Shown here: one piece after another, positions 45,061 through 54,191 of the stretch
Numbering within the stretch: the stretch's first letter is position 1
How the letters are laid out: every line of letters starts with the position of its first letter
Virus record (IMG/VR): IMGVR_UViG_3300045988_163768
Length of the DNA stretch: 64,000 bases
Reading direction: 5' to 3' (one strand)
Source of the DNA: a virus
Made by a program: the position numbers and the translations under genes
Notes under the pieces: generated by a model
The model's input: only the letters and a program-made list of their open reading frames with translations
Told to the model about the DNA's origin: nothing
Database searches by the model: none

Positions 45061-46042
45061 ATGTAACAGTGCCTGTTATACCTTTTCCTGCTCATCACAG
45101 GGGTTATTTGGACAATATAATAAAATGAGTTCCATTTGGAATTCATATATGTTATAAAAGAAGAATAGCTAACGGGGGAGCCTAAGTCAGAAGATATGGT
45201 AGTCCCGTGGGAAGGACGTAAAACATGAAAGCAATTTACAAATGGACTAATCTTCAAAATAATAAAATTTATATAGGTAAATCTGTAGATGTTGCAAGGA
45301 GATTAAGAAATTATAGAGATGAAGTTAAAAAAAATAAACAACGACCTATAATTTCTGCAATTAGAAAATACGGATTTGAAAATTTTAATTTTGAAATTGT
45401 TGAAATATGTGATTCTTTAACTAATCAAGAAATATTAGAAAGAGAGCAATGTTGGATTGATTTTTATAATTCTAAAGATAGAAATTTTGGGTATAATATA
45501 TTAGATGCTGGGGATACTCCTGGAGAGGAATATTCAATAGGAAGCAGAAACAATAAAGCGAGATTAAATGAAGAAAAAGTTTTAAATATTAGAGAAATGA
45601 TTTTTCTTCAAAATATTCCTCCTGCGGAAGTATATAAAATATATTCTACTGAAATTAGTTATGATGCTTTTTGTAAAGCTTATCGAGGAAATACTTGGAA
45701 AAATGTTGATACATCAATGATAAGAGATATATCTTCGGAAGTAAAACGAAAAGGAAATAAAAAAGCTAAATTAACTAAAGAGGATGTTAAAGAAATTAGA
45801 AGATTAGCAGAACAAGAAAATTTGAACATTAGTGAAATATATGATAAGTTTCTTGGTGTTTGTACGAGAGGAACAATTAAAAGAGTAGTAAATTACATAA
45901 CATGGAAAAACGTTTAATCCTGTATCGACTAGTAGCGGATCGGCTACGTAGGATTGCTATTGATACGCAATTCGAAATGGGTATTCTACAAAATATTGGT
46001 AGTAAGAGATAGTCAGTACTTATAGAAATATAAGAGAGTATG
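45061..46042 (+). mobile_element. group I-type intron (982 nt) carrying a GIY-YIG homing endonuclease gene
   Basis: 5' exon ends in T, insert ends in G; the flanking ORFs rejoin as DADVDG|AHIKNLFYTF, matching GyrB DADVDGSHIRTL. Confidence 0.6.
45225..45917 (+). CDS. intron-encoded GIY-YIG homing endonuclease
   Basis: AIYKWTN...KIYIGKS...R..NY motif; paralog of 18455 and 51470. Confidence 0.7.
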   Translation: MKAIYKWTNLQNNKIYIGKSVDVARRLRNYRDEVKKNKQRPIISAIRKYGFENFNFEIVEICDSLTNQEILEREQCWIDFYNSKDRNFGYNILDAGDTPGEEYSIGSRNNKARLNEEKVLNIREMIFLQNIPPAEVYKIYSTEISYDAFCKAYRGNTWKNVDTSMIRDISSEVKRKGNKKAKLTKEDVKEIRRLAEQENLNISEIYDKFLGVCTRGTIKRVVNYITWKNV

Positions 46043-46438
46043 GCACACATTAAAAATCTTTTTTATACTTTTATATGGAACTTTTGTCCAGAACTTATAA
46101 AGGATGGATATGTTTACGCGGGAGTTCCACCTTTATATAAAATTACTATTGGAAAAGAATATAAATACTTAAAAAATGATGAAGAATTAGAGGTATTTAA
46201 AAAAGCCAATACAGGAAAGAAGTATTTGGTTGGGCGTATGAAGGGATTAGGTGAAATGTCAGTAGACGAGACAGAAGAAACTCTAACAGATCCTGAGAAA
46301 AGAATTATCAGACAGATTACAGTTGAAGATGTTTCCGCAACAGATATTCTATTTAATCAGCTAATGGGTGCGGGAGTTACTGCAAGAAAAGCTTATATTA
46401 AAAGTCATAGCCAAGAAGCTACTTACAATGCAGAGTAA
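46043..46438 (+). CDS. type II topoisomerase subunit B, exon 2
   Basis: HIKNLFYTFIWNFCPELIKDGYVYAGVPPLYKI and RMKGLGEM match the GyrB C-terminal region. Confidence 0.7.
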   Translation, partial: AHIKNLFYTFIWNFCPELIKDGYVYAGVPPLYKITIGKEYKYLKNDEELEVFKKANTGKKYLVGRMKGLGEMSVDETEETLTDPEKRIIRQITVEDVSATDILFNQLMGAGVTARKAYIKSHSQEATYNAE

Positions 46439-46460
46439 TCTAATGATTATGAATACGAAT

Positions 46461-46498
46461 AAGAAAGATACTTATGTAAAAGCATCTTTCTTATTTTA
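46461..46498 (+). terminator. rho-independent terminator
   Basis: AAGAAAGATACTTATGTAAAAGCATCTTTCTT followed by a T-run. Confidence 0.6.
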
Positions 46499-46567
46499 TT
46501 ATTAACAAATAGATAAAAGATAATTTATGTATAGAATTATGCTTTCTCTTTAAAAAGTTAATTAAAC

Positions 46568-46596
46568 TTGGAAATAATAAAAAAATATGTTATAAT
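46568..46596 (+). promoter_or_regulatory. promoter
   Basis: TTGGAA, 17 nt, then TATAAT. Confidence 0.45.
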
Positions 46597-46660
46597 AGTA
46601 TTATAAGAATCAAATTATTAAATATAATGATTTTAAACAAAGATACAGGAGCGAGATTCA

Positions 46661-49009
46661 ATGCATAGTATAAATGATGTAACAAATGAACTGAAGAAGA
46701 ACTTTATAGAATACGCAGTCGCGGTAAACACAGATAGAGCGATCCCCGATGCCAAGTCAGGGTTGAAGCCTGTAGCAAAGCGTATTCTCTGGTCTTCTTA
46801 TGAAGAAGGGCGTAGTTTTAATAAACCTCATATTAAAAGTGCTAGAATAGTAGGAGATGTTATGGGCAAGTATCATCCGCATGGGGACAGCTCAATCTAC
46901 GGTGCTCTAGTCCGTCTCTCTCAAAACTGGGTATTGCGATACCCTCTTATTGACTGGCATGGTAACAACGGAAATATTGCAGGGGATGGACCTGCTGCAT
47001 CTCGTTATACAGAAGCAAGATTAAGTAAAATTGCGGAAGATGGCTTATTATCTGGATTAAAAAAGAAAAATGTTGATTTTATTCAAAATTATGATGAAAC
47101 TCTGGATGAACCAGTAACTTTACCAGCCATTTTTCCAAACTTACTGTGTAACCCAAATACTGGAATTGGAGTTGCCATCGCCTGTAACTGGCTTCCGCAC
47201 AATCTTAAAGAAGTTGCACAAGCTATCTATGATTATATGGAAGGGAAAGAACCTTCTTTGCCAGGACCAGATTTTCCAACAGGTGGAATTATAATAAATA
47301 GTAAAGATATTCCGCAGATTATGAAAACTGGACATGGTTCTGTTAAAGTCCGCGGAAAATATAAAATTGAAAAAAATAACATTGTCTTTTATGAAATTCC
47401 TTATGGAACTACTATTGAAGGATTACTGACTGAAATAGGTGATGTTTGTGATTCAAAAGAGATAGAAGGAATTTCTGAAATCCGCGATGAAACAAACAAA
47501 AAAGGAATTAGACTTGTAATCGAGTGTAAAAAAGATTCGAACTTAGATTCAATAGCAAAAAAGCTTTATTCTAAAACAAACCTTCAAACAAGCATATCAT
47601 ATAATCAAGTCGCATTAGTTGATAAAGTACCAACTGAGTTAAATTTATCTGACTGCTGTAAGATATATATAGAACACAATATTGAATGTTTAAAAAAAGA
47701 ATTAACCTTTGATTTAAAGAAAGCAAAAGATAGATTGCATATTATAGAAGGTCTTTTGATAGCTTTGGAAGATATTGATAATGTAATTTTTTTAATTAAA
47801 AAGTCAGAAAATTCAGAAGCCGCGAAAAATAAACTGATTGAAATTTATAAGCTGTCTGAAATTCAAGCTAAATCCATTTTGGCAATGAGATTATCTAGTT
47901 TAGCTCGTTTGGAAAAAATAACACTTGAGAATGAGAAAAAAGACTTGCTAATTAAAATTGCAGAATTGAAATTACATATTTCAAGTAGGGATTTACAATT
48001 ATCTGATATTAAAACTAAGTTAGAATCATTAGTAAAAAAATATGGTGATAATAGAAGAACTGAGTTAATTCACCTTGACATTAAACCAGAAGAAAAAGAA
48101 GTTGCGGAAGTTGTTCCAGAGGATGTAGTCGTTATTATGACCCAAAATGGGGATATTAAAAGAATTCCTTTGAAATCTTTTAAAGTTCAAAAGAAAAATG
48201 GAAAAGGAGTCAAAAGCGAAAATGACGCCACATTAGATGTTATATCTACAAATACTATTGATACTCTTATGATTTTTACATCTAAAGGTAAAATGTATAG
48301 ATTTTTAGTAGATAACGTGCCAACTGGAACTAATTTATCAAAAGGAATAAATATCAATACTTTAATAAATATAGAAAAAGATGAAAAAGTTATTGCTATT
48401 ACTTCTTTGCACAGAAAGACAAAAGCAAAATATGTTATTTTCATAACTAAGCAAGGTTTAATTAAGAAAACTTCTTTAGAGGAATATACAAAAGTAAAAA
48501 GAAGTACAGGTATTGCTGCGATAAATTTAAAAAATAACGACTCTCTAGCTAACGTAACTTTCATAGAAAAAGAAGAAATGATAGTTATAACAAAGAATGG
48601 TATGGCTATCCATTTTCCTACAGATGAAATCAACCCTATTGGACGAGTTACTGCGGGTGTTAAAGCTATTAAGTTAGATGAGAATGATGAAGTTGTTGCG
48701 GGATTACCAATTAATAAGAAGGATGATTGTTTAGCTATTGTTACAACAAGAGGTCTAGGAAAGAAGATATCTTTAGAGGAATTGCCGCTTCAGCAAAGAG
48801 CGGGAAAGGGAGTTATCATTTATAAAACTACGGATACTTCTGGAGTGATTGTTGGCGGAGGTATGGTCGATGATTCAGATAATTTGTTAATTGTAGGAAA
48901 GCCAAAATCAATATGTATATCTACAAAAGATATTCCTAAGTTGAGCCGCACAAGCATAGGAAATATTATGTTAAAAAATAGTTTGATCTCTTCTATTGTT
49001 AAGTTATAA
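46661..49009 (+). CDS. type II topoisomerase subunit A (GyrA/ParC/gp52-like)
   Basis: Active-site region AASRYTEARL (catalytic Tyr) and an N-terminal region like GyrA. Confidence 0.75.
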   Translation: MHSINDVTNELKKNFIEYAVAVNTDRAIPDAKSGLKPVAKRILWSSYEEGRSFNKPHIKSARIVGDVMGKYHPHGDSSIYGALVRLSQNWVLRYPLIDWHGNNGNIAGDGPAASRYTEARLSKIAEDGLLSGLKKKNVDFIQNYDETLDEPVTLPAIFPNLLCNPNTGIGVAIACNWLPHNLKEVAQAIYDYMEGKEPSLPGPDFPTGGIIINSKDIPQIMKTGHGSVKVRGKYKIEKNNIVFYEIPYGTTIEGLLTEIGDVCDSKEIEGISEIRDETNKKGIRLVIECKKDSNLDSIAKKLYSKTNLQTSISYNQVALVDKVPTELNLSDCCKIYIEHNIECLKKELTFDLKKAKDRLHIIEGLLIALEDIDNVIFLIKKSENSEAAKNKLIEIYKLSEIQAKSILAMRLSSLARLEKITLENEKKDLLIKIAELKLHISSRDLQLSDIKTKLESLVKKYGDNRRTELIHLDIKPEEKEVAEVVPEDVVVIMTQNGDIKRIPLKSFKVQKKNGKGVKSENDATLDVISTNTIDTLMIFTSKGKMYRFLVDNVPTGTNLSKGININTLINIEKDEKVIAITSLHRKTKAKYVIFITKQGLIKKTSLEEYTKVKRSTGIAAINLKNNDSLANVTFIEKEEMIVITKNGMAIHFPTDEINPIGRVTAGVKAIKLDENDEVVAGLPINKKDDCLAIVTTRGLGKKISLEELPLQQRAGKGVIIYKTTDTSGVIVGGGMVDDSDNLLIVGKPKSICISTKDIPKLSRTSIGNIMLKNSLISSIVKL

Positions 49010-49042
49010 AACTTAACAATAGAAGAATAAAGGAGGTTTATA

Positions 49043-50152
49043 TTGGTTTTTAGTAAGGAAAAAATTGAATCTTTATATCCAGGGGCAGGAGAATTGATGA
49101 TTGAGCCTATGCTAATTCATTCTTCTACAAAAGAACAATTAAAGAGAGCTTGTTCAAGTGGAGAATATTTTGGTCAGCTTAAAAAAGATGGAGCTTTTTA
49201 TCAGTTTGTTAAAAATGAAAATTGTTATTTATTTGGGCGGACAGTAAGTAAGAAGACTGGACTTCTAACAGAGAAGCATGATAATGTCCCTCATATAGTT
49301 AATGCTTTAGAGTGTTTGCCAGACAAGACTGTTTTAATTGGAGAAATTTATTATCCAGGAGGAAGTTCTAAAAATGTTACCCCCATTATGGGAAGTTTGG
49401 CTGGTAAAGCAATAGAAAGACAAAATGGTTCATATGGATTGATTCATTATTATATCCATGATATTTTAATATATAATGGCTATAACTTATTAAATACTGG
49501 CAGTTTAGTTAGATATAATATATTAAAAGAAGTCTGGAAAAAATATAATTTGAAAAAATATAATTTTCTTGAGCTTGCAGAGGTGTGGGAAAATAATTTA
49601 TATGAAAGAGTTGGAAATGCCTTATCCGCAGGTGAAGAGGGAATGGTTTTAAAAAAGAAAAATGGGATATATCAGCCTGGAAAACGCCCAGACAGCAATT
49701 TAAAAGCGAAAAAGGTAGATTTTATAGATGCTATTATTATAGGATTCGAGGAGCCTACAAAAGAATACTATGGAAAAGAATTAGACTCTTGGGGTTTTTG
49801 CATTAATAAGAATGGTATTAGGATGCAAGGGACTTATAAAGAACTTCTTAAGATGGGAAAAGAAATAATTCCAGTGACAAAACCTTATTATTATAATTGG
49901 CATAATGCCAGAATAAAAATAGGGGCATATGATGATAAGGGAACTATTATTGATATAGGTACTATTCATTCTGGAATTTCTGATGAATTAAAAGAAGATA
50001 TGTCTAAGAATCCAGAAAATTATCTTAATCATGTAGTAAAGATACAATGTATGGAACTAGATTCTAACGAAAAAACAATTAGACATGGCTTTTGGAAAGG
50101 TTTAAGAGAAGATAAAGATGCAAAAGACTGTACAGTAAGTAGCATTTTTTGA
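49043..50152 (+). CDS. ATP-dependent DNA ligase
   Basis: Motif I KKDGAF (KxDG), motif IV EGMVLK, motif V LKAKK. Confidence 0.7.
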   Translation: MVFSKEKIESLYPGAGELMIEPMLIHSSTKEQLKRACSSGEYFGQLKKDGAFYQFVKNENCYLFGRTVSKKTGLLTEKHDNVPHIVNALECLPDKTVLIGEIYYPGGSSKNVTPIMGSLAGKAIERQNGSYGLIHYYIHDILIYNGYNLLNTGSLVRYNILKEVWKKYNLKKYNFLELAEVWENNLYERVGNALSAGEEGMVLKKKNGIYQPGKRPDSNLKAKKVDFIDAIIIGFEEPTKEYYGKELDSWGFCINKNGIRMQGTYKELLKMGKEIIPVTKPYYYNWHNARIKIGAYDDKGTIIDIGTIHSGISDELKEDMSKNPENYLNHVVKIQCMELDSNEKTIRHGFWKGLREDKDAKDCTVSSIF

Positions 50153-50177
50153 TTTTTTAAAAAATTTTTGGTATAAT
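50149..50177 (+). promoter_or_regulatory. promoter
   Basis: TTGATT, 17 nt, then TGGTATAAT. Confidence 0.5.
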
Positions 50178-50183
50178 ATAAAT

Positions 50184-50366
50184 ATGAAAAATAAAGAAAT
50201 AAAAGATTTAGCATTTAAAATAGTGAAGATGGAACAAGAACTTTCTAAGGGTAAAAATGTTCAAGAAAATATGAAGGAAATTCAAGAAATATCGAAAACG
50301 TTATCTTTAGAAGATATGTTAATGATAGATGATTATATAACCAAAAATAAATTATTGACAAATTAA
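50184..50366 (+). CDS. hypothetical small protein
   Basis: 60-aa ORF flanked by two promoter copies. Confidence 0.3.
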   Translation: MKNKEIKDLAFKIVKMEQELSKGKNVQENMKEIQEISKTLSLEDMLMIDDYITKNKLLTN

Positions 50367-50383
50367 AAAATTTTTGGTATAAT
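50355..50383 (+). promoter_or_regulatory. promoter with consensus -35
   Basis: TTGACA, 17 nt, then TGGTATAAT. Confidence 0.55.
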
Positions 50384-50466
50384 ATTTATATAAAATATAA
50401 GATGAAATCATCTAGTATAACAAAACAAAATAAAATATATTATGTTTAAATTAAAGGAGAAAGAAA

Positions 50467-50742
50467 ATGGCAGCATTAAAAGAAAATTCAAGAAAAGTAT
50501 TTGATTATGTAAAGAGTGTAGATGGACAGAATGTAACAGCGGCAGATATCGCAGAAGCAACTGGTCTTGAAGTAAGAAGCGTAAATGGTATCGTAACTTC
50601 TGCTTTCCAGAGAAAAGGTCTAATGGAAAGAGTTCCGTCAGAGATTGAGCTTGAAGATGGCACTCATAAAGCAGTTAAATTTATTCGCTTGACCGACGAA
50701 GGTCGTGCTTTCGATCCAGATGTAACAGAACAGGCTGAGTAA
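50467..50742 (+). CDS. small winged-helix-like DNA-binding protein (paralog family)
   Basis: DIAEATGLEVRSVNG...FIRLTDEGR; paralogous to 52578-52955; elevated GC. Confidence 0.45.
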   Translation: MAALKENSRKVFDYVKSVDGQNVTAADIAEATGLEVRSVNGIVTSAFQRKGLMERVPSEIELEDGTHKAVKFIRLTDEGRAFDPDVTEQAE

Positions 50743-50757
50743 TCATAAATTTTAAAA

Positions 50758-50797
50758 GGGTTAAGCTAATTATTAGTTTAACCCATTCTTTTTATTT
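50758..50797 (+). terminator. rho-independent terminator
   Basis: GGGTTAAGCTAATTATTAGTTTAACCC followed by a T-rich run. Confidence 0.55.
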
Positions 50798-50980
50798 AAG
50801 GAGGATACCAATATTGTTTATATAATATTCTTTTTATTTATTAGTATTATTTTTTTATTTTATGGGATATATTTAACAATAAAATCAAAAAATACTATTA
50901 TATATAATAATAAAAAGGAAGAGGAAGAAAAAGAAGCCTTATTAAGAGAATTAAATTCTTTAGTTTTCCAGAAACGCAAT

Positions 50981-51793
50981 TTGATAATGCAGATTAAAGG
51001 CAAGCAGAGAGAATTATCTTTGCTTACAGAGCAGCAATCTGATGCTTTTAAAACTTTTTGTCAAAAGAAAAATGATATATTAGACCAATTAAGTGATTTT
51101 AAAGAAAGTCAACTAAAAGAGTACAACAGTTATAAAGATAAAATTAAATATGCAAAAGAACAATATGTTTTAGAATTAGAAAAAGCGTATGAAGATATAG
51201 AATTAAAATATGACTTATATAAAGCTAAGACTGATAAAGAGAAAAAGGAAATTGATGAATCTTTACATAAAATAAAAGAATCACTGAGTGCTGGCGTACA
51301 GGCTCAACTCCGCGAAAGAGAAAAAGAAGAAGCGATTAACTTTTATAAATTAACTATTACAGATAATGAATTATCAGATATAATGGCATTAAATAAAATA
51401 AAAGTTTCTTTTCATCAACCTGTTGTTTTAAACAAAATTATTTGGTCAACTTATTTTCAAAAACAGACAACTGAAATGTGTAATAGAATATTAGGAACAG
51501 CAGCTAAATGCGGCATTTATAAAATTACAAATTTATTAACTAAACAATGTTATATTGGACAGAGTGTTAATATTCAAGATAGATTTAAGCAGCACGTTAA
51601 ATGCGGATTGGGAATAGATGCTTCCGCAACAAACAAATTATATAAAGCAATGCAGCAAGATGGAGTCTGGAACTTTTCTTTTGAACTGATGGAAGAATGT
51701 TCAAGAACAGAATTGAACGAAAAAGAAAAATTTTGGATTCAAATGTATCAAAGTGATATTTATGGTTATAATAGCACTTCTGGAAATAAATAA
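50981..51793 (+). CDS. GIY-YIG endonuclease domain protein with N-terminal coiled-coil extension; start uncertain
   Basis: C-terminal CGIYKITN...CYIGQSVNIQDRF..H (paralog of 18455). The frame stays open back to 50777 with RBS AAGGAGGA at 50797 and a TM-like segment, but no ATG follows the RBS. Confidence 0.55.
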   Translation: MIMQIKGKQRELSLLTEQQSDAFKTFCQKKNDILDQLSDFKESQLKEYNSYKDKIKYAKEQYVLELEKAYEDIELKYDLYKAKTDKEKKEIDESLHKIKESLSAGVQAQLREREKEEAINFYKLTITDNELSDIMALNKIKVSFHQPVVLNKIIWSTYFQKQTTEMCNRILGTAAKCGIYKITNLLTKQCYIGQSVNIQDRFKQHVKCGLGIDASATNKLYKAMQQDGVWNFSFELMEECSRTELNEKEKFWIQMYQSDIYGYNSTSGNK

Positions 51794-51814
51794 AATGAGA
51801 TTAAAGGAGAATAA

Positions 51815-52495
51815 ATGGGACAAATTATTATTAACGAAAGAACTACTAAAGATCCAATTACATTAATTGGAGAAATGTCCGGAGTTTGTTATAACGCTCC
51901 TATAGATAATAAAGAGAAAAATTACAAAAGAGGTATTCATAACTTAAAAAGTGGGCATGGAAGAACTTGGGAATTTCCCGATGTGTATTTAACTTTAGAT
52001 GGATATTCTGCAAGAGTCATTAGAGAATTGTATACGCATATTGGCGGGATGCCTACAAGGGTTCAGGCTTCCACTAGATATATAGACTACGCAAAAAATA
52101 ATTTTAAATACATTACCCCGCATAGTATTAAAAAAGAAAAAGGTGCTAGTTTATTGTGGGATGAATTAATGGCTATTATAAATGAAACACTATTAACTTT
52201 AGAGCAAGTTTATAATATCCCACATGAGGACACTGCGAATGGACTTCCGCTTGGAATGACTACTGTTGTTTCTTGTAAAATTAACTTAAGAACTTTAATA
52301 GATATGTCCCATCAAAGAATGTGTACTTGTGCCTATTGGGAGTATCGTGAATTATTTAATGATTTAATTAAAGCTTTAAAACAATATTCTGAAGAATGGG
52401 AATATTTAGTTACAAATTATTTTTGTCCTAAATGTGAGTATCTTGGCTATTGCAATGAAGGCGAGAGAAGTTGCGGAAGAAAACCTCTTAAATAA
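51815..52495 (+). CDS. thyX: FAD-dependent thymidylate synthase ThyX
   Basis: R..RH....S..Q.S.RY region and C-terminal NLRTLIDMSHQR...YWEYRELF resemble ThyX motifs. Confidence 0.6.
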   Translation: MGQIIINERTTKDPITLIGEMSGVCYNAPIDNKEKNYKRGIHNLKSGHGRTWEFPDVYLTLDGYSARVIRELYTHIGGMPTRVQASTRYIDYAKNNFKYITPHSIKKEKGASLLWDELMAIINETLLTLEQVYNIPHEDTANGLPLGMTTVVSCKINLRTLIDMSHQRMCTCAYWEYRELFNDLIKALKQYSEEWEYLVTNYFCPKCEYLGYCNEGERSCGRKPLK

Positions 52496-52506
52496 AATAT
52501 ACTTAT

Positions 52507-52535
52507 TTGAATTTTATTAAAATAAATGTTATAAT
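52507..52535 (+). promoter_or_regulatory. promoter
   Basis: TTGAAT, 17 nt, then TGTTATAAT. Confidence 0.5.
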
Positions 52536-52577
52536 TATTGTATAATAATAAAAGAGAAAGAAAGGTTATATAAAATT

Positions 52578-52955
52578 ATGACAAAAAAAGAAAAATTTAT
52601 AAATTTTATTCAATCAGAGATTTTTGAAAGAGAAGATATATATATGAGACAATGCGGTAAAGATTGGGAAGATATTAAAAATTTTTGGAGCCAGTTTTTA
52701 AACGATAAGAAAAACTCTAGCAATAGTGAAATGACAGAGAATGGCTCAAAGATTTTAAAATATATGCAATCTAATGAAGATAAATATAATAATCTTTTTA
52801 CTTCAAAAGAAATTGGAGAGGGACTTTTTATGTCATCTCGTTCAGTTTCTGGTTCAATGAGAAAAATTATTGCAAATGGTTTTGTTGAAAAAGTTGGTAA
52901 AGATCCAGTAACTTATAGTTTAACTGATGAAGGAAGAAATAAACAGATAGATTAG
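52578..52955 (+). CDS. small winged-helix-like protein (paralog family)
   Basis: SRSVSGSMRKII..GFVEKVGKDPVTYSLTDEGR. Confidence 0.45.
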   Translation: MTKKEKFINFIQSEIFEREDIYMRQCGKDWEDIKNFWSQFLNDKKNSSNSEMTENGSKILKYMQSNEDKYNNLFTSKEIGEGLFMSSRSVSGSMRKIIANGFVEKVGKDPVTYSLTDEGRNKQID

Positions 52956-52961
52956 TATAGA

Positions 52962-52990
52962 TTGACAAAGTTTAAAATTTTTGATATAAT
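52962..52990 (+). promoter_or_regulatory. promoter with consensus -35
   Basis: TTGACA, 17 nt, then TGATATAAT. Confidence 0.55.
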
Positions 52991-53002
52991 AGTTATATAA
53001 AG

Positions 53003-53031
53003 ATTTTGAATAAATAAATAAATAAATAAAT
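53003..53031. repeat. microsatellite (AATA)n in 5' UTR
   Basis: AATAAATAAATAAATAAATAAATAAAG. Confidence 0.7.
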
Positions 53032-53056
53032 AAATAAAGAGTAGGAGAACAAAAAT

Positions 53057-54007
53057 ATGCGTAAAGCAATTAATACAGAGCATATCGAGGGTAGAGTATA
53101 CGAACATGAATTGACAATTAAAACAGTTCAAAATCAGCAGTCAAGTAATTATGGAAAAGAATTCATTTCAGGTACATTAAGTGTAGCTGTAGATGAAGAG
53201 GGTATGAATATTGTAGAAGTACACTTTACATACGTGACAGAAACAACAAAAGCTGGTAAGAAAAACGCTACTTATACAGCTTTGAAGAAAATTATTGATG
53301 AAGGAAAAGCATGGATTACAGATGGAAAAGATGAAGCAACAAAAGTAAAAATTGATACTGCTCTTGCTTTAAATGATTTCTATGTTAATGAAGACACTTT
53401 AGTATCACAGAAAGTGAATGAGGGTGGATTTGTTACTATTGTTAGTAATTTATGTAAAGAAAATGAAAGAAATACCTTTACAACAGATATGCTTATGACT
53501 TCCATGAATAGAGTGGAAGCAAATGAGGAAAAAGGTATTTTAAATGATTACTTAACAATCAGAGGGGCAATTTTTAATTTCAAAAATGATATTTTACCAG
53601 TGGAGTTTGTATTAAAAAATCCAGAAGGTATTAAGTACTTTGAAAATTTAGATTTTTCTTCTTCAGAACCTTTATTTACAAAAGTATGGGGAAGAATTAA
53701 TTGCAGAACTATTGTAGTAGAGCAGAGAGAAGAATCAGCTTTTGGCGGAGAAGTAGCAGTAAAAAGCTATGAGAAGAAATCAAAAGAATGGGAGATTATT
53801 GGAGTATCTCTTGTGCCATATGATTTTGGAGATGAAAATGTTTTAACCGCGGAAGAAGTTACTCAGGCTATGCAGAATAGAGAGGTTCATCTTGCCGAGG
53901 TTAAGAAGAGAAGAGAGGAATATTTGGCTCAGAAAGCTGCTAATGGTAATTTTTCTTCTCCTAAAACTTCAACTGTTTCAGTAAGCAATGGCGGTTTTAA
54001 TTTTTAA
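53057..54007 (+). CDS. putative single-stranded DNA-binding protein (OB-fold-like)
   Basis: N-terminal ..HIEGRVYEHELTIKTVQN..SGTLSVAV pattern resembles an SSB OB-fold; lies in the replication cluster; weak. Confidence 0.3.
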   Translation: MRKAINTEHIEGRVYEHELTIKTVQNQQSSNYGKEFISGTLSVAVDEEGMNIVEVHFTYVTETTKAGKKNATYTALKKIIDEGKAWITDGKDEATKVKIDTALALNDFYVNEDTLVSQKVNEGGFVTIVSNLCKENERNTFTTDMLMTSMNRVEANEEKGILNDYLTIRGAIFNFKNDILPVEFVLKNPEGIKYFENLDFSSSEPLFTKVWGRINCRTIVVEQREESAFGGEVAVKSYEKKSKEWEIIGVSLVPYDFGDENVLTAEEVTQAMQNREVHLAEVKKRREEYLAQKAANGNFSSPKTSTVSVSNGGFNF

Positions 54008-54010
54008 TGA

Positions 54011-54036
54011 TTGGGAGCTTAGCTCCCAATTTATTT
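54011..54036 (+). terminator. rho-independent terminator
   Basis: TTGGGAGCTTAGCTCCCAA followed by TTTATTT. Confidence 0.55.
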
Positions 54037-54098
54037 AACTTAATAATGGCGAATAATAAATAATAAATTAAATAAAGAAAGTTAGAGGAAAGATAATT

Positions 54099-54191
54099 AT
54101 GGGAATTGATTTACTTAACATTAAACCGCATCAAGTATCAAGAGATTTAAGAGGATACAGTGTATTCTTCTATGGAGAGCCTAAGAGTGGT
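54099..54191 (+). CDS. AAA_24/RecA-like ATPase, exon 1 (ends within Walker A GEPKSG)
   Basis: MGIDLLNIKPHQVSRDLRGYSVFFYGEPKSG; RBS GAGGAAAGATAATTATG; stop follows 2 codons into the intron. Confidence 0.55.

Noticed and set aside
43549-46438. Possibility that the topoisomerase II B gene is split by an intein rather than an intron
   Set aside because: The insert has stops in the topo frame immediately after DADVDG and encodes a separate GIY-YIG ORF with its own start; this fits an intron, not an in-frame intein.
53003-53031. AATA/ATAA simple repeats (also 18431-18456, 26741-26762)
   Set aside because: Checked as possible CRISPR arrays: these are microsatellites with no spacers; no CRISPR repeat-spacer structure exists anywhere in the window.
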